From Bdellovibrionales bacterium (GTDB lineage: Bacteria; Bdellovibrionota; Bdellovibrionia; Bdellovibrionales; UBA1609): DNA of 64,000 nucleotides. The notes below the pieces were generated by a model. It was not told the origin of the DNA. It saw nothing but the letters and a program-made list of their open reading frames with translations, and did not search any database. The position numbers were made by a program, and so were the translations under genes. The first letter of the stretch is position 1, and every line of letters starts with the position of its first letter. This document shows positions 48,735 to 61,628 of this stretch, piece after piece. The DNA lies in the NCBI GenBank assembly GCA_041690295.1, contig JAWLHR010000002.1, forward strand, positions 128,001 through 192,000, written 5' to 3'.

Positions 48735-48849
48735 GAGAACTCCCGTTTTGAATTCGGTTAAAGCGTCATTACAAATTCGCTTTATGACCTTTTCAGTTAT
48801 GCCATGAATTCACGAGGAGTGAAGAAAAAAGCTTTTCTTGCAAAGCGTC

Positions 48850-48884
48850 AAAAAGGGAAACCCGGCTGAGAGGAGCCGGGTTTC
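48850..48884 (-). terminator. Intrinsic terminator of the flagellin gene
   Basis: GAAACCCGGCT-gagagg-AGCCGGGTTTC hairpin with a nearby A-tract. Confidence 0.7.
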
Positions 48885-48928
48885 GAACGAACGAGATCGA
48901 GTGCAGTACACTCGACCTCAACGAATCA

Positions 48929-49762
48929 CTAACCGATGAGTTTCAGTGCCACGGAGTTGGACTGATTGGCCTGAGTCAACGCCGCGGTCGAAGCCTGCAA
49001 CATGATGGTGTTGCGGGTCAGTTCGGACGAAGCGTGGGCCATGTCCGTATCGCGGATACGGCTGTTGGCGGCGGACTGGTTCTCTTCGAAGACGCCCAAG
49101 TTTTGAACAGTCGAAACCAGGCGGTTCTGAAGGGCACCGAGGTTCGCACGCATTCCGTTGACTCTCTCTTGAGCGGCGTCGAGGAGGGCCATCGCTTCTT
49201 GCGCGCTTTCTTTTTGCGTGTAATCCAAACCTTCCAGGCCGAGCGCGTCCAAAGTGGCCACGTTAACCGACGAGTCGAACGAGATACGGTCTTCGAAGTC
49301 GTCGTTGTAAATACCAACTTGGAAGTCGAAAACGGGTGTCGAACCGTCTAATAGTTTGGTTTTACCCCAAGTCGTCACTGAAGCGATCCGCTGCATTTCA
49401 GACTTGAGCTGTTGGATTTCTTTGTCGATGAAGCCGCGCTCAACGTCGGAAACAGTGTCGGAAGAAGCCTGGATACCCAGTTCGCGCATACGTACGATGA
49501 TGTTTCCGATTTCGTTCAATCCACCTTCCGCGGTTTGCACCATCGAGATACCGTCGTTGGCGTTGCGGTTGGCTTGACGGGTCGAGCGGATCTGCGCTTT
49601 CAAGTTTTCACTGATCGCGAGTCCGGCGGCGTCGTCGGCGGCTTTATTGATTCGGGATCCTGAAGACAACTTAGCTAAGCTGTCCTGAATGTTTGATTGG
49701 CTGCCGAACAGATTTCTTTGAGCATTGACGGCAGCGATATTTGTCGAAATTCGCATTCCCAT
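48929..49762 (-). CDS. fliC: Flagellin (277 aa)
   Basis: RISTN, LSSGSRINKAADDAAGL, QTAEGGL, RANLGALQNRL and SRIRDTD motifs; GGAGG RBS. Confidence 0.97.
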   Translation of the reverse strand: MGMRISTNIAAVNAQRNLFGSQSNIQDSLAKLSSGSRINKAADDAAGLAISENLKAQIRSTRQANRNANDGISMVQTAEGGLNEIGNIIVRMRELGIQASSDTVSDVERGFIDKEIQQLKSEMQRIASVTTWGKTKLLDGSTPVFDFQVGIYNDDFEDRISFDSSVNVATLDALGLEGLDYTQKESAQEAMALLDAAQERVNGMRANLGALQNRLVSTVQNLGVFEENQSAANSRIRDTDMAHASSELTRNTIMLQASTAALTQANQSNSVALKLIG

Positions 49763-50045
49763 TGTAATTTTCCTCCAAAATAAATTTCTTTTTCGATTTA
49801 CCTCCTTGTTCGTTGCTCTTCTCTGGAAGAGTGGCATCCCGCCAAAGTTTAAGGGTACGTATAAAACTTACCTCTCACTCAGTTTTCCTTGTACGACTTT
49901 GTCGTCCCTGATCCTCCTTTCACTCGTTATCCAGAGGTTCAATGCTCTCTGTTTATTCCATTCACTTTATTCTTTTCGTGAAGCCGGTAGGTGAATGTGT
50001 ACAACCGTCCTCACTCACGCATAACAATTCGGGTTCGCTATCGGA
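49763..50045 (-). promoter_or_regulatory. Long GGA-rich flagellin leader with a sigma-28-like -10 element
   Basis: TCCGATAG at 50045-50038; 11 GGA triplets and several short hairpins on the minus strand. Confidence 0.5.
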
Positions 50046-50174
50046 TTCTTGACGGGTCCCAAGTCTAAATTGGACTAGAGTCAATGAAGATTGGTCCTTC
50101 GATGGAGTGCCCATCGTCGGGAAAAGGATGAAAGTTATAGGGAGTTTCGTCGGGTTTGCGAGGGGAATCTGGCC

Positions 50175-51083
50175 TTAGTGTCTGGCAAAAAATCGGCTGA
50201 TGTGGTGGCTCACCCACTCCGGATCATCCTCCTGAAGATGGTGTCCACCGCTTTCGTGAATGTGTGTCTCCGAGGCCACCAGAGCGGCTTTCAGCTGATC
50301 GATAACTTTCCTTGGAACGAGCCGGTCGTTCTTTCCCCACAAGATCAAAACTTTGAAGCCGATGCTCTTCAGCGCTTCGGGCAAGCGGGAATCGCGAATG
50401 GCTTCCGTGGCGCGGATGAATGACTTGACCGCTTCCGGGTCTTGATAAGTCCTGTAACTTTCTTCGACTCGCTCTTCCGACACGACTTCCTTATGGCTGA
50501 CGGTCCGGCGGTGGGCCCAGGAGATCGCGCGCCGGGAGAGGAGCAGAGAAAACGGCCGGGCAAGAAAAGCCAGGTTGGCCACATTGACCGGGACCAGCGT
50601 CGGACTCGTCGCGGGAGCGATCGCGCACACTCCAAGAATCCGCTCGGGCGAACATCGAGCCAGCCATAGGGCGATATTGCCGCCCATCGAATTCCCGACC
50701 AAATAAGTTTTATCAATTTTCATCCGGTCCATGAACTGAACCAGCCGTTCGCATTGCTCATCCAGTCCGTAACGTTCGGAGTTGAGTTTCGAGCTGCCGC
50801 CGAATCCGGGCAAGTCCAAGGCCCAAACGCGGAAGTAAATGGAAAGATGTGGGATGAGGGATCGCCAACAATAAAGGTCGGCGCCGATGCCATGGATGAG
50901 CACCAGGTCGGGGCCCCGCCCTGAAACATGGTAGCGATAGGTCCAGTCGCCTATGTTTACCGTCTCGGTCCACAGGCCCAGTGAAGCCACAGCCTTCCGT
51001 CCACGGCGGAACCAGAAGAACAGAAAAAGTCCCAGGGCAAGGGCTGCGGCCACCACCCAGAAGGCAATGAGAATCGGGGTCAT
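50175..51083 (-). CDS. Alpha/beta hydrolase with an N-terminal TM anchor
   Basis: LIHG, DLPGFGGS, GNSMGG, WGKND and GHHLQED motifs. Confidence 0.9.
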   Translation of the reverse strand: MTPILIAFWVVAAALALGLFLFFWFRRGRKAVASLGLWTETVNIGDWTYRYHVSGRGPDLVLIHGIGADLYCWRSLIPHLSIYFRVWALDLPGFGGSSKLNSERYGLDEQCERLVQFMDRMKIDKTYLVGNSMGGNIALWLARCSPERILGVCAIAPATSPTLVPVNVANLAFLARPFSLLLSRRAISWAHRRTVSHKEVVSEERVEESYRTYQDPEAVKSFIRATEAIRDSRLPEALKSIGFKVLILWGKNDRLVPRKVIDQLKAALVASETHIHESGGHHLQEDDPEWVSHHISRFFARH

Positions 51084-51095
51084 CGGGATTTGATT

Positions 51096-51332
51096 CTAAT
51101 CGATTTCACAGAAGCGGCAAAAGGCGACTTTCCCATAAAGCCGGTAATTTCGATCCTGAGCCTCTTTCACATGTTTGGAAGCGTCATATCCAATCGTGCA
51201 AGTGCCGTTTTTCGGCGCGAAATGGGAGCACTGCTCGCAATAATAAATCACATTGAGTTCGCGATAGTCCCTGGGATGAATCGGATCGAGAATCAAACTG
51301 CGTCGAATTAAGGGTTTAGTGGGTGCCGGCAT
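51096..51332 (-). CDS. Small Cys-rich, putatively metal-binding protein
   Basis: CEQCSH...CTIG...CRFCEID; ends 12 bp before the hydrolase gene on the same strand. Confidence 0.6.
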   Translation of the reverse strand: MPAPTKPLIRRSLILDPIHPRDYRELNVIYYCEQCSHFAPKNGTCTIGYDASKHVKEAQDRNYRLYGKVAFCRFCEID

Positions 51333-51390
51333 TGACTTTCCTCAATTGAGCTTCACATTTAGAACAAGATCAAATGAGGTCAAGGCAAAG

Positions 51391-53967
<2,577 letters not shown>

Positions 53968-54058
53968 TTCGCGCGCAAGTCCTATAAATACGCGAACTAT
54001 TACTTGACGCGTTAATGGGATCCCTATAGCTTGCCACCATCTCAGGCGGTAGGGCGCA

Positions 54059-54655
54059 ATGTTTTCAGGAATTATTGAAACCGTCAGTTCCATCATTGGC
54101 CAGAGCGAGGGCCCGGGCACACTCACAATTTCAGTTCGTAAACCAAGTGAATTCAATGACTTATCTGTGGGCGACAGCATCGCCGTGGACGGGGTTTGTC
54201 TGACTTTGGAGGCTTTTGACGACGAACGGATGGTTTTCACCTGTGGGCCGGAAACTTTACGAATAACCGGTTGGACCCCGCAAAACGTCCTTCATAGGGC
54301 AGTTAATCTGGAACGTTCCCTGCGCTTCAACGGGCGGATTCATGGGCATATCGTCACCGGACATGCCGATGCCCGGTCACGTGTGCTGGCGGTTGAAAGA
54401 CAGGGTGAAACCATCACCTTGACGATTGAAATCCCGGAAAAGCTCGCCCCGTTTATTTGGGCCAAGGGCAGTGTGGCGCTCAACGGTGTCAGTCTCACGG
54501 TCAACCGTTGTGAAGCGCGTGAGTTCACCGTCGGGTTGATTCCCGAAACCACCAAACGCACCAATCTCGGTGAGTTGAAGGCGGGAGATCCGGTGAATCT
54601 TGAAGTGGATAACATGGCCAGGGCGTTTGTTCGCCAGAGGGAATTGGAAGCATGA
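54059..54655 (+). CDS. ribE: Riboflavin synthase alpha chain (ribC in E. coli nomenclature)
   Basis: MFSGII, GVCLT, VNLER, GH..TGH and GVSLT motifs. Confidence 0.95.
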   Translation: MFSGIIETVSSIIGQSEGPGTLTISVRKPSEFNDLSVGDSIAVDGVCLTLEAFDDERMVFTCGPETLRITGWTPQNVLHRAVNLERSLRFNGRIHGHIVTGHADARSRVLAVERQGETITLTIEIPEKLAPFIWAKGSVALNGVSLTVNRCEAREFTVGLIPETTKRTNLGELKAGDPVNLEVDNMARAFVRQRELEA

Positions 54656-55818
54656 GTCTCAACTCGATTCCAGAACTGATCGAAGACATTAAATCCGGAC
54701 GTCCGGTGATTTTGGTGGATGACGAAGATCGCGAGAACGAAGGCGATCTGGTCGTCGCCGCCGACTACATCACGCCGCAAATGGTGAACTTCATGGCCAC
54801 GGAAGCGCGCGGCCTGATTTGTTTGTCACTCACCTCGGCGCAGATCGAGCGGCTCGGCCTTCCGATGATGACCAAAGAGGAAGGCAACCGTTCGCCCCAT
54901 CGCACGGCCTTCACCGTGAGCATCGAAGCGGCGAAAGGAGTTTCCACCGGAATTTCCGCCGCGGACCGCGCTTTGACCATCAAAGTGGCCGCGAATCCTT
55001 CGGCCACGCCTGAGGACATCATCGTCCCGGGTCACGTTTTTCCCATTCGCGCGCAAGAGGGCGGTGTGTTGAAGCGCGCCGGCCACACCGAAGCCAGCGT
55101 TGATCTGGCCCGCATGGCGGGTTTGAATCCGGCGGCGGTGATTTGCGAAATCATGAACCCCGACGGCACCATGGCGCGCATGGGTCAGCTGGTTGAATTC
55201 GCCCAAAGACACAATATCAAAATCGGCACCATTGAATCTCTAATCCGATACCGGATTCAAAACGAATCTTTCTTGATCGAACGGGCGCAAGCGAGACTGC
55301 CTTGCCGCTACGGCAAGGACTTCCATATTCATGTTTTTGAAAACACATTGGATGGACGGGAACACGTGGCCGTGGTCAAAGGCGATATCAGCGGGGATGA
55401 GCCGATTCTGGTCCGTGTGCATTCCGAATGTCTGATGGGCGACGTTTTCGGAAGCCTGCGAACGCGCACCGGAGATTACCTGGACGCTTCATTCAAAAAA
55501 ATCAACGAGGCCGGTCGCGGCGTCGTGGTTTACCTGAGGCTCGAAGACATGGGCCAGCGTTTGCGCCAGCGGGTTCAGCGCTACCACCAGATCGACCAGG
55601 GCGAAACACTCAATGAAGAAAGCAAAAAAGTTTTCCACTCCGATGATCGCGATTACGGCGTCGGTGCTCAGATCTTGCGGGCTCTCGGGGTGAGGAAATT
55701 GCGTCTGATCACGAACAGTCATGCCAAACGCGTGGGTCTTCGCGGTTACGGACTCGAAATCGTCGAGGAAGTCGCGCTACCCATCGAAACGGAACCGCTA
55801 CTGGGATTGGGGGATTGA
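54652..55818 (+). CDS. ribBA: DHBP synthase fused to a degenerate GTP cyclohydrolase II domain (RibBA/RibBX)
   Basis: DDEDRENEGD, PGHVFP and RAGHTEA are intact. The RibA part RVHSECLMGDVFGSLRTRTG lacks the CDC motif. Confidence 0.9.
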   Translation: MSLNSIPELIEDIKSGRPVILVDDEDRENEGDLVVAADYITPQMVNFMATEARGLICLSLTSAQIERLGLPMMTKEEGNRSPHRTAFTVSIEAAKGVSTGISAADRALTIKVAANPSATPEDIIVPGHVFPIRAQEGGVLKRAGHTEASVDLARMAGLNPAAVICEIMNPDGTMARMGQLVEFAQRHNIKIGTIESLIRYRIQNESFLIERAQARLPCRYGKDFHIHVFENTLDGREHVAVVKGDISGDEPILVRVHSECLMGDVFGSLRTRTGDYLDASFKKINEAGRGVVVYLRLEDMGQRLRQRVQRYHQIDQGETLNEESKKVFHSDDRDYGVGAQILRALGVRKLRLITNSHAKRVGLRGYGLEIVEEVALPIETEPLLGLGD

Positions 55819-55821
55819 ACC

Positions 55822-56283
55822 GTGTTACCGCTGCAAGGTTCTTTGCAAATTCAGTCTCGCTGGAAAATCGCTCTTGTGACATCGAGATTCAATCAGGAGA
55901 TCACCGAGCTTCTTGAAAAAGGCGCCTATGAAAGATTGTTGGAGCTTGGGGTAAGTCCCGAACGAATCATTCGTGTTCGCGTGCCCGGCGCGGTTGAGAT
56001 TCCCCTTGCCGCTTTGCAACTTTTGGATTCCGATTGTGACGCGGTGATCGCATTGGGCGCGGTGATTCGCGGCGAAACCAGCCATTATGATTATGTGTGC
56101 AACTCGGTTGAACGCGGTTGCTCACAAGTTATGCTGCAAACTAAAAAACCAGTGGTCTTTGGCGTCTTAACCACCGACAATGAAGAACAGGCTCTGGCGC
56201 GCGTCGGAGGCGCGCACGGACACAAAGGTCGTGAGGCGGCCGAGGTGGCGGTGGAAATGTTAAACCTGGCGGATCTGATCTAA
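55822..56283 (+). CDS. ribH: 6,7-dimethyl-8-ribityllumazine synthase
   Basis: SRFN, VPGAVEIP, GAVIRGETSHYD and FGVLT motifs. Confidence 0.96.
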   Translation: MLPLQGSLQIQSRWKIALVTSRFNQEITELLEKGAYERLLELGVSPERIIRVRVPGAVEIPLAALQLLDSDCDAVIALGAVIRGETSHYDYVCNSVERGCSQVMLQTKKPVVFGVLTTDNEEQALARVGGAHGHKGREAAEVAVEMLNLADLI

Positions 56284-58542
56284 ATGGACAACAAGCGGGA
56301 CGAGATCGTCAATGAACCGCTCAAGCGGCGGCGTGAGCTGGCCACGGTTTTTTTCTTGGCCGTTCTTTTTCTCGTTCTGACGGCGATTGAATACAAGCTG
56401 TTCGGCATGAGCCAGCAGCTGCCGTTCGCCCACTCGATCTTCTTTCTCGGACTGGTCAACTTCAACATCATTCTCTTTCTGCTTCTCTTCTTCCTGATCT
56501 TCAGGAACGTGGTCAAAATCTTCTCCGAGCGCCAGACCGGTCTCGCGGGAAAAACGTTGAAAGCCAAACTGATCGTCGCGTTCGTGGCCTTCAGTTTCAT
56601 TCCCACGACACTCATGTCGTTGGTTTCGGTTTTTTACATCAACAACAGCTTCGATAAATGGTTCTCGGAAAAGATGGCGGGCGTTTTAAAAAGTTCGCTT
56701 GAAGTCACGAACGCCTATTACCTGACGGCGAAGCGTAAGAACTATCATTTCGCTGAACGGGTGGCCAAAGAGCTTCGTGAGACGCCGAAACCCGACTGGG
56801 AGAAAAAGCTGGTTGAGCTCCGCTCCCGCTACAGCCTAGACGCGGTCGAATATTACCCGTCACTTTTCGGCAAACGGGTGGTGAGTGTCAGCTCCGATGA
56901 GGCCTTGCCCGAAGTTCCTCCGCTTTCACTGGAACTTCTTGAACGGGGGATCGAGGACCGCAATGAAGCTTCCACCATCCACCAGTTTGAAAATGGTAAT
57001 CTGGTTCGCGTGATCTTTCCGGTCGGGCGCACGAAGAATTCCGGTGCGGTGGTGGTTTCCACGTTTATTCCACTTTCGTTGATCGCCAAAATGGACGACA
57101 TCGCGTCAGCCTATGAGGACTTTCGCGATGTGAACCCGCTCGAATATCCAATCAAGTCCATTTACCTGATCATTCTGCTCTTAATGACACTGACCATTCT
57201 TCTCGGCGCCACCTGGTTCGGGTTTTACTTGGCCCGCCAGCTTTCCATTCCGCTTGAAGAATTGGGTCAGGCGGCGCAACGGGTGGCGAACCATGATTAT
57301 AGCCCGGTGCTCGCCACTAGCGGTTCCGTCGAGATCAATGAACTGGTCCGACACTTCAATCAGATGACGCAGAATCTCGCCAGCTCCGAGCGCGAAGTGA
57401 GTGAAGCCAACCGTTCTCTCCGTGAAACATTAAGCCGACTGGACGAACATTCGCGCTACATGGAAGTGGTGCTCTCAACGGTCAGTACGGGCGTGATCAC
57501 GCTGGATCCCGAGGGCCGGGTCACCATGATCAACCGGCACGCCTGCAAGCTTCTTGAACTTAAACCCGATCGGGTTTTGAACCAGAAGCTTTCCAAAGTT
57601 TTGCAAAAGGAATTTTACAACGTGGTTGAAAACATGATCGAGCAGATGCGGGAATTGCGCGCCGAGAGCATCCAGCGCGAGGTGCGGGTGCAAATTCGTA
57701 ATCGCTCCATTCCCTTGCAGACCACATTGTCGTTTTTGACCGATGAGCGACAGACCGTGATCGGTAAAGTTTTGGTTTTCGACGACTTAACGGCGGTGCT
57801 CGGGGCGCAACGGGCGGCCGCATGGACCGAAGTGGCCCGCCGGATCGCCCATGAAATTAAAAATCCGCTCACACCGATTAAGCTGTCCGCCGAGCGCCTG
57901 GAGAAAAAGTTCGGCGGTCAAATTCAAGACTCCGCTTTTCACGAATCCATCCGTCGCATCATCGACCAGGTGGAAAGCCTTAAGAATCTGGTGAATGAAT
58001 TCAATCAATTCGCCCGGTTACCGAAATCGAATCCGGTGCCCGGCGATCTGAATAAGGTCATCAGTGAATCCTTGGGGTTGTTTGAACGTGAGGATGACGA
58101 CGCCCTTCGGGTCGAATTCACTCCGGATATGGAGCTTCCGGCGTTTGTCTTCGATCCGGATCAAATCCGCCGGATTATCAACAATCTCGTCGACAACGCG
58201 GTGGCGGCCGTGAACGGCAAGCCCGACGGGCGTATTGTGATCCGCACCTCGTATGATAATGTACTGAGAATCGCTCGCATCGAGGTTGAGGATAACGGCC
58301 CGGGCATCCCGGTCCATATGCGTGAGCGGATATTCGAACCCTATATGACGACGAAAGAGCACGGAACCGGACTGGGGCTCGCCATCGTGAAACGTATGGT
58401 CGAAGATCATCATGGATTCATTCGCGCGTTTTCCGATGGACAAAGCGAGACCAAAATCGTTATCGAACTTCCCGTGGTGGAGAGTACGGAGCGCCCGAAC
58501 ATCGTTCGCCAGGGCGGGCGGATAGGAGAAACTCAGGTATGA
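56284..58542 (+). CDS. ntrY: NtrY-like sensor histidine kinase (TMs, HAMP, PAS)
   Basis: AAWTEVARRIAHEIKNPLTPIKLSAERL, DNGPG and GTGLGL motifs. Confidence 0.88.
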   Translation: MDNKRDEIVNEPLKRRRELATVFFLAVLFLVLTAIEYKLFGMSQQLPFAHSIFFLGLVNFNIILFLLLFFLIFRNVVKIFSERQTGLAGKTLKAKLIVAFVAFSFIPTTLMSLVSVFYINNSFDKWFSEKMAGVLKSSLEVTNAYYLTAKRKNYHFAERVAKELRETPKPDWEKKLVELRSRYSLDAVEYYPSLFGKRVVSVSSDEALPEVPPLSLELLERGIEDRNEASTIHQFENGNLVRVIFPVGRTKNSGAVVVSTFIPLSLIAKMDDIASAYEDFRDVNPLEYPIKSIYLIILLLMTLTILLGATWFGFYLARQLSIPLEELGQAAQRVANHDYSPVLATSGSVEINELVRHFNQMTQNLASSEREVSEANRSLRETLSRLDEHSRYMEVVLSTVSTGVITLDPEGRVTMINRHACKLLELKPDRVLNQKLSKVLQKEFYNVVENMIEQMRELRAESIQREVRVQIRNRSIPLQTTLSFLTDERQTVIGKVLVFDDLTAVLGAQRAAAWTEVARRIAHEIKNPLTPIKLSAERLEKKFGGQIQDSAFHESIRRIIDQVESLKNLVNEFNQFARLPKSNPVPGDLNKVISESLGLFEREDDDALRVEFTPDMELPAFVFDPDQIRRIINNLVDNAVAAVNGKPDGRIVIRTSYDNVLRIARIEVEDNGPGIPVHMRERIFEPYMTTKEHGTGLGLAIVKRMVEDHHGFIRAFSDGQSETKIVIELPVVESTERPNIVRQGGRIGETQV

Positions 58543-59891
58543 AAACCAAAATTCTCGTGATTGATGACGAAAAGCCGATCGTTGAGGTTTTATCCGCGGC
58601 TCTGATCGACGAGGGCCACATCGTTGATGTCGCCTACAGTGGCCGGCAGGGATTGGAAAAAATCCGTGAGTTCGCACCGGACATCATTCTTCAGGACATC
58701 TGGATGCCGGGCGATATGGATGGCCTGCAGGTCCTCGAAGAGGCCAAGAAAGGCGGGTATCCGGATGGGCAATTCATCATCATGTCCGGTCACGGAACGA
58801 TTGAAACGGCGGTTCGCGCGGTTAAAAACGGCGCGTGGGATTTTGTGGAAAAGCCGCTGTCCATGGACAAGATCAATATTCTCATCGCCAACATTTTGAA
58901 TTTCAAAAAAGAACAAAGCGAAAAGAACGCCTTGCTCAACCGCTTGCGTAAGAACATCGCGCTCATCGGCGAAAGTCCGGTCATGGTGAATCTGAAGCAG
59001 ATGATCGCGCGCGTGGCGGGGTCCAACGCGTGGATTTTGATTTCGGGAGAAAACGGCACGGGCAAGGAGCTGGTGGCGCAAAACATCCATTATCTCAGTC
59101 ACCGTGCCGGCCGTCCCCTGGTCGAAGTCAATTGCGCGGCCATCCCCAAGGACCTCATCGAGGCGGAACTTTTCGGCTATGAGAAGGGCGCGTTCACCGG
59201 GGCCGAACGGGCGAAAAAAGGGAAATTCGAGATGGCCAGCGGTGGAACTCTTTTTCTCGATGAAATTGGCGATATGAGCCTTGATGCTCAAGCGAAAATC
59301 CTGCGAATTCTGCAAGAGGGTCAGTTTTACCGGTTGGGTGGTGAGGACCCGATTGAATGTGATGTGCGCGTGATCGCCGCCACCAATAAGAATCTCGAGG
59401 AGGAAATCAAACAGGGTCGCTTCCGCGAGGACCTTTATTACCGTTTGAACGTCGTGCCTCTGACGGTCGCGCCTCTCAGACAGCGCAAGGAAGATATTCC
59501 GCTTCTGGCGGAGTATTTCGGCGACCAATTCCTGCGCAATAACGGTTACAAGAGAAAAGTTTTTTCCGAGGACGCCATCGCGCGAATGCAGAATCACAGC
59601 TGGCCCGGAAACGTGCGTGAGTTGCGCAACTTTATCGAGCGGGTCTACATCCTCACGCCGGGGGATTACGTGGATGTGCACGACTTGAAATTCGCCGGTC
59701 TCACCGAACCCGCCGAGTCCGGCACCGAAGGCGTTATGACCTTCCGAGAAGCCCGGGCGCGGTTTGAGCGGGAGTTTTTGATTCAGAAAATCGAAGAAAA
59801 TCAGGGTAACATCTCAAAAACGGCGGAGAACATCGGACTGGAGCGCAGTTATCTGCACCGGAAAATCAAATCTTACGGCATCGAGGTTTAA
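58539..59891 (+). CDS. ntrX: NtrX-like sigma-54 response regulator
   Basis: Receiver (DDE, DIWMP, MSGHG), [14 protein letters not shown] and HTH (LERSYLHRK). Confidence 0.88.
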   Translation: MKTKILVIDDEKPIVEVLSAALIDEGHIVDVAYSGRQGLEKIREFAPDIILQDIWMPGDMDGLQVLEEAKKGGYPDGQFIIMSGHGTIETAVRAVKNGAWDFVEKPLSMDKINILIANILNFKKEQSEKNALLNRLRKNIALIGESPVMVNLKQMIARVAGSNAWILISGENGTGKELVAQNIHYLSHRAGRPLVEVNCAAIPKDLIEAELFGYEKGAFTGAERAKKGKFEMASGGTLFLDEIGDMSLDAQAKILRILQEGQFYRLGGEDPIECDVRVIAATNKNLEEEIKQGRFREDLYYRLNVVPLTVAPLRQRKEDIPLLAEYFGDQFLRNNGYKRKVFSEDAIARMQNHSWPGNVRELRNFIERVYILTPGDYVDVHDLKFAGLTEPAESGTEGVMTFREARARFEREFLIQKIEENQGNISKTAENIGLERSYLHRKIKSYGIEV

Positions 59892-59900
59892 GGACATCTC

Positions 59901-61628
59901 ATGAAATGGTCTTCAGGTTATTTGTTCACACTCAAGGAAGCGCCCGCGGACGCGGAAATTCCCAGTCACATTTTGCTTGTTCGAGGCGGTTACGTCCGTA
60001 AGTTGGCGCCCGGTATTTTCACCTACGGTCCGCTGCTTTTGCGCAGCATTCGAAAGTTTGAGAATATCGTCCGCGAGGAGCTGAATAAGCGCGGCTGCAT
60101 TGAATTGCTGATGCCCATTGTTCATCCCCGAGAGCTTTGGGAAGAGACGAACCGATGGGCGGAAATGGGCGAAGGCCTGCAGAAGTTCAAAAACCGGAAT
60201 GGCCATGAATTCTGTCTGGGAGCGACCCATGAAGAGGTCATCACGGATTTCGTCCGGCGTGACGTCAAAAGTTACCGGGACCTTCCGGTGAATCTTTACC
60301 AGATTCAAACTAAGTATCGTGACGAGATTCGCCCCCGATTCGGTCTCTTACGCGGGCGTGAGTTCATCATGAAGGACGCTTACAGCTTCGATATTGATCA
60401 AGCCGGGGCCGAGCGCTCTTACCAACTGATGTTTGAAGCTTACACCGCCATCTTTAAACGCTTGGGCGCGCGTTTTCGCGTGGTCCAGGCCGATAGCGGA
60501 AATATCGGCGGCAATAAATCCCAAGAGTTTCACATTCTGGCGGATAGCGGTGAGGACCAGTTGCTGGTTTCCGAGGACAGCGACTTCGCCGCCAATATCG
60601 AGGTGGCCCCCGCGATCGACGCTGAACCCGAGGTGAGTCAAGCGGAAATGGCGCCTCTCGAGGAGTTCGCGACTCCGGGGTTGAAAACGATCGACGATTT
60701 ATCCAAAGCGTTAAAGATTCCCGCCCGGCAATTGGTGAAGACCATGTTCTTTTCCGCCAGTGATGATCCGGCTAAAAATCTGAATCCCGTGGCGGTTCTC
60801 CTCAGGGGCAGCGATGAAGTGAACCCCATCAAGCTCAAAAATCACTTCGGTCTGGCCAATCCGCCCCAGCTTTTGAATGATACGGAAGTGCGCGAGATCA
60901 CCGGCGCCTCGCCCGGCAGCTGCGGACCGGTGGGTCTTCGCATTCCTATATTGATGGATAAAGGCGTTGAAGGCCTTCGTAATTTTATTGTTGGGGCGAA
61001 CAAAGACGATTTCCACCTGAAAAACGTCAACCACGGGAGGGATTTCAAAGTCACCACGGTCGGAGATTTTCGCATGGCCCGCGAGGGGGACCTGAGCCCC
61101 GACTGCAAAGGAAAGCTGAAATCCTACAGGGGCATTGAAGTCGGTCACATTTTCTATTTGGGAACCAAGTACTCCCAGAAAATGGAAGCCAACTACCTCA
61201 GTCAGGAAGCCGTATTGAAGCCCATTGAAATGGGTTGTTATGGAATTGGTATCACCCGCACGGTGCAGGCCGTGATTGAACAAAACCACGACAAAGATGG
61301 AATCATTTGGCCGGTGTCGATCGCGCCTTACACCGTTCACATCGCCTTGCTGGATCCGGACAACGCGGAAGCGCGGGCTTTGGCCGATCAATATTACGAT
61401 CAGCTGAATGCCAAGGGCATTGATGTGTTGATGGATGATCGCGCTGAACGGCCTGGCGTGAAATTCAAGGATGCCGATCTGCTGGGAATGCCCTTACGCC
61501 TCAACATCGGCGCGCGCGGTTTGGCCGCCGGTGAAATTGAAATGATCGAAAGAAAAACCAAAACGGTCACAAAAATTCCGCCCAATGCGGTGGTCGAAAA
61601 AATCCAAGCCTGGCTGAGGGAACAATGA
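59901..61628 (+). CDS. proS: Proline--tRNA ligase (with editing domain)
   Basis: ATHEE, RDEIRPRFG, EFIMKDAYSF, GIEVGHIF and MGCYGIG motifs. Confidence 0.97.
   Translation: MKWSSGYLFTLKEAPADAEIPSHILLVRGGYVRKLAPGIFTYGPLLLRSIRKFENIVREELNKRGCIELLMPIVHPRELWEETNRWAEMGEGLQKFKNRNGHEFCLGATHEEVITDFVRRDVKSYRDLPVNLYQIQTKYRDEIRPRFGLLRGREFIMKDAYSFDIDQAGAERSYQLMFEAYTAIFKRLGARFRVVQADSGNIGGNKSQEFHILADSGEDQLLVSEDSDFAANIEVAPAIDAEPEVSQAEMAPLEEFATPGLKTIDDLSKALKIPARQLVKTMFFSASDDPAKNLNPVAVLLRGSDEVNPIKLKNHFGLANPPQLLNDTEVREITGASPGSCGPVGLRIPILMDKGVEGLRNFIVGANKDDFHLKNVNHGRDFKVTTVGDFRMAREGDLSPDCKGKLKSYRGIEVGHIFYLGTKYSQKMEANYLSQEAVLKPIEMGCYGIGITRTVQAVIEQNHDKDGIIWPVSIAPYTVHIALLDPDNAEARALADQYYDQLNAKGIDVLMDDRAERPGVKFKDADLLGMPLRLNIGARGLAAGEIEMIERKTKTVTKIPPNAVVEKIQAWLREQ

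Noticed and set aside
53968..54058. FMN riboswitch before the rib operon
   Set aside because: The gap is too short, and I could not match the RFN consensus beyond a weak CAGGCGGTAGGG resemblance.
58590..59681. 363-aa minus-strand ORF and similar long antisense ORFs (e.g. 19069-20073)
   Set aside because: They lie opposite well-supported genes and are codon-bias shadows.
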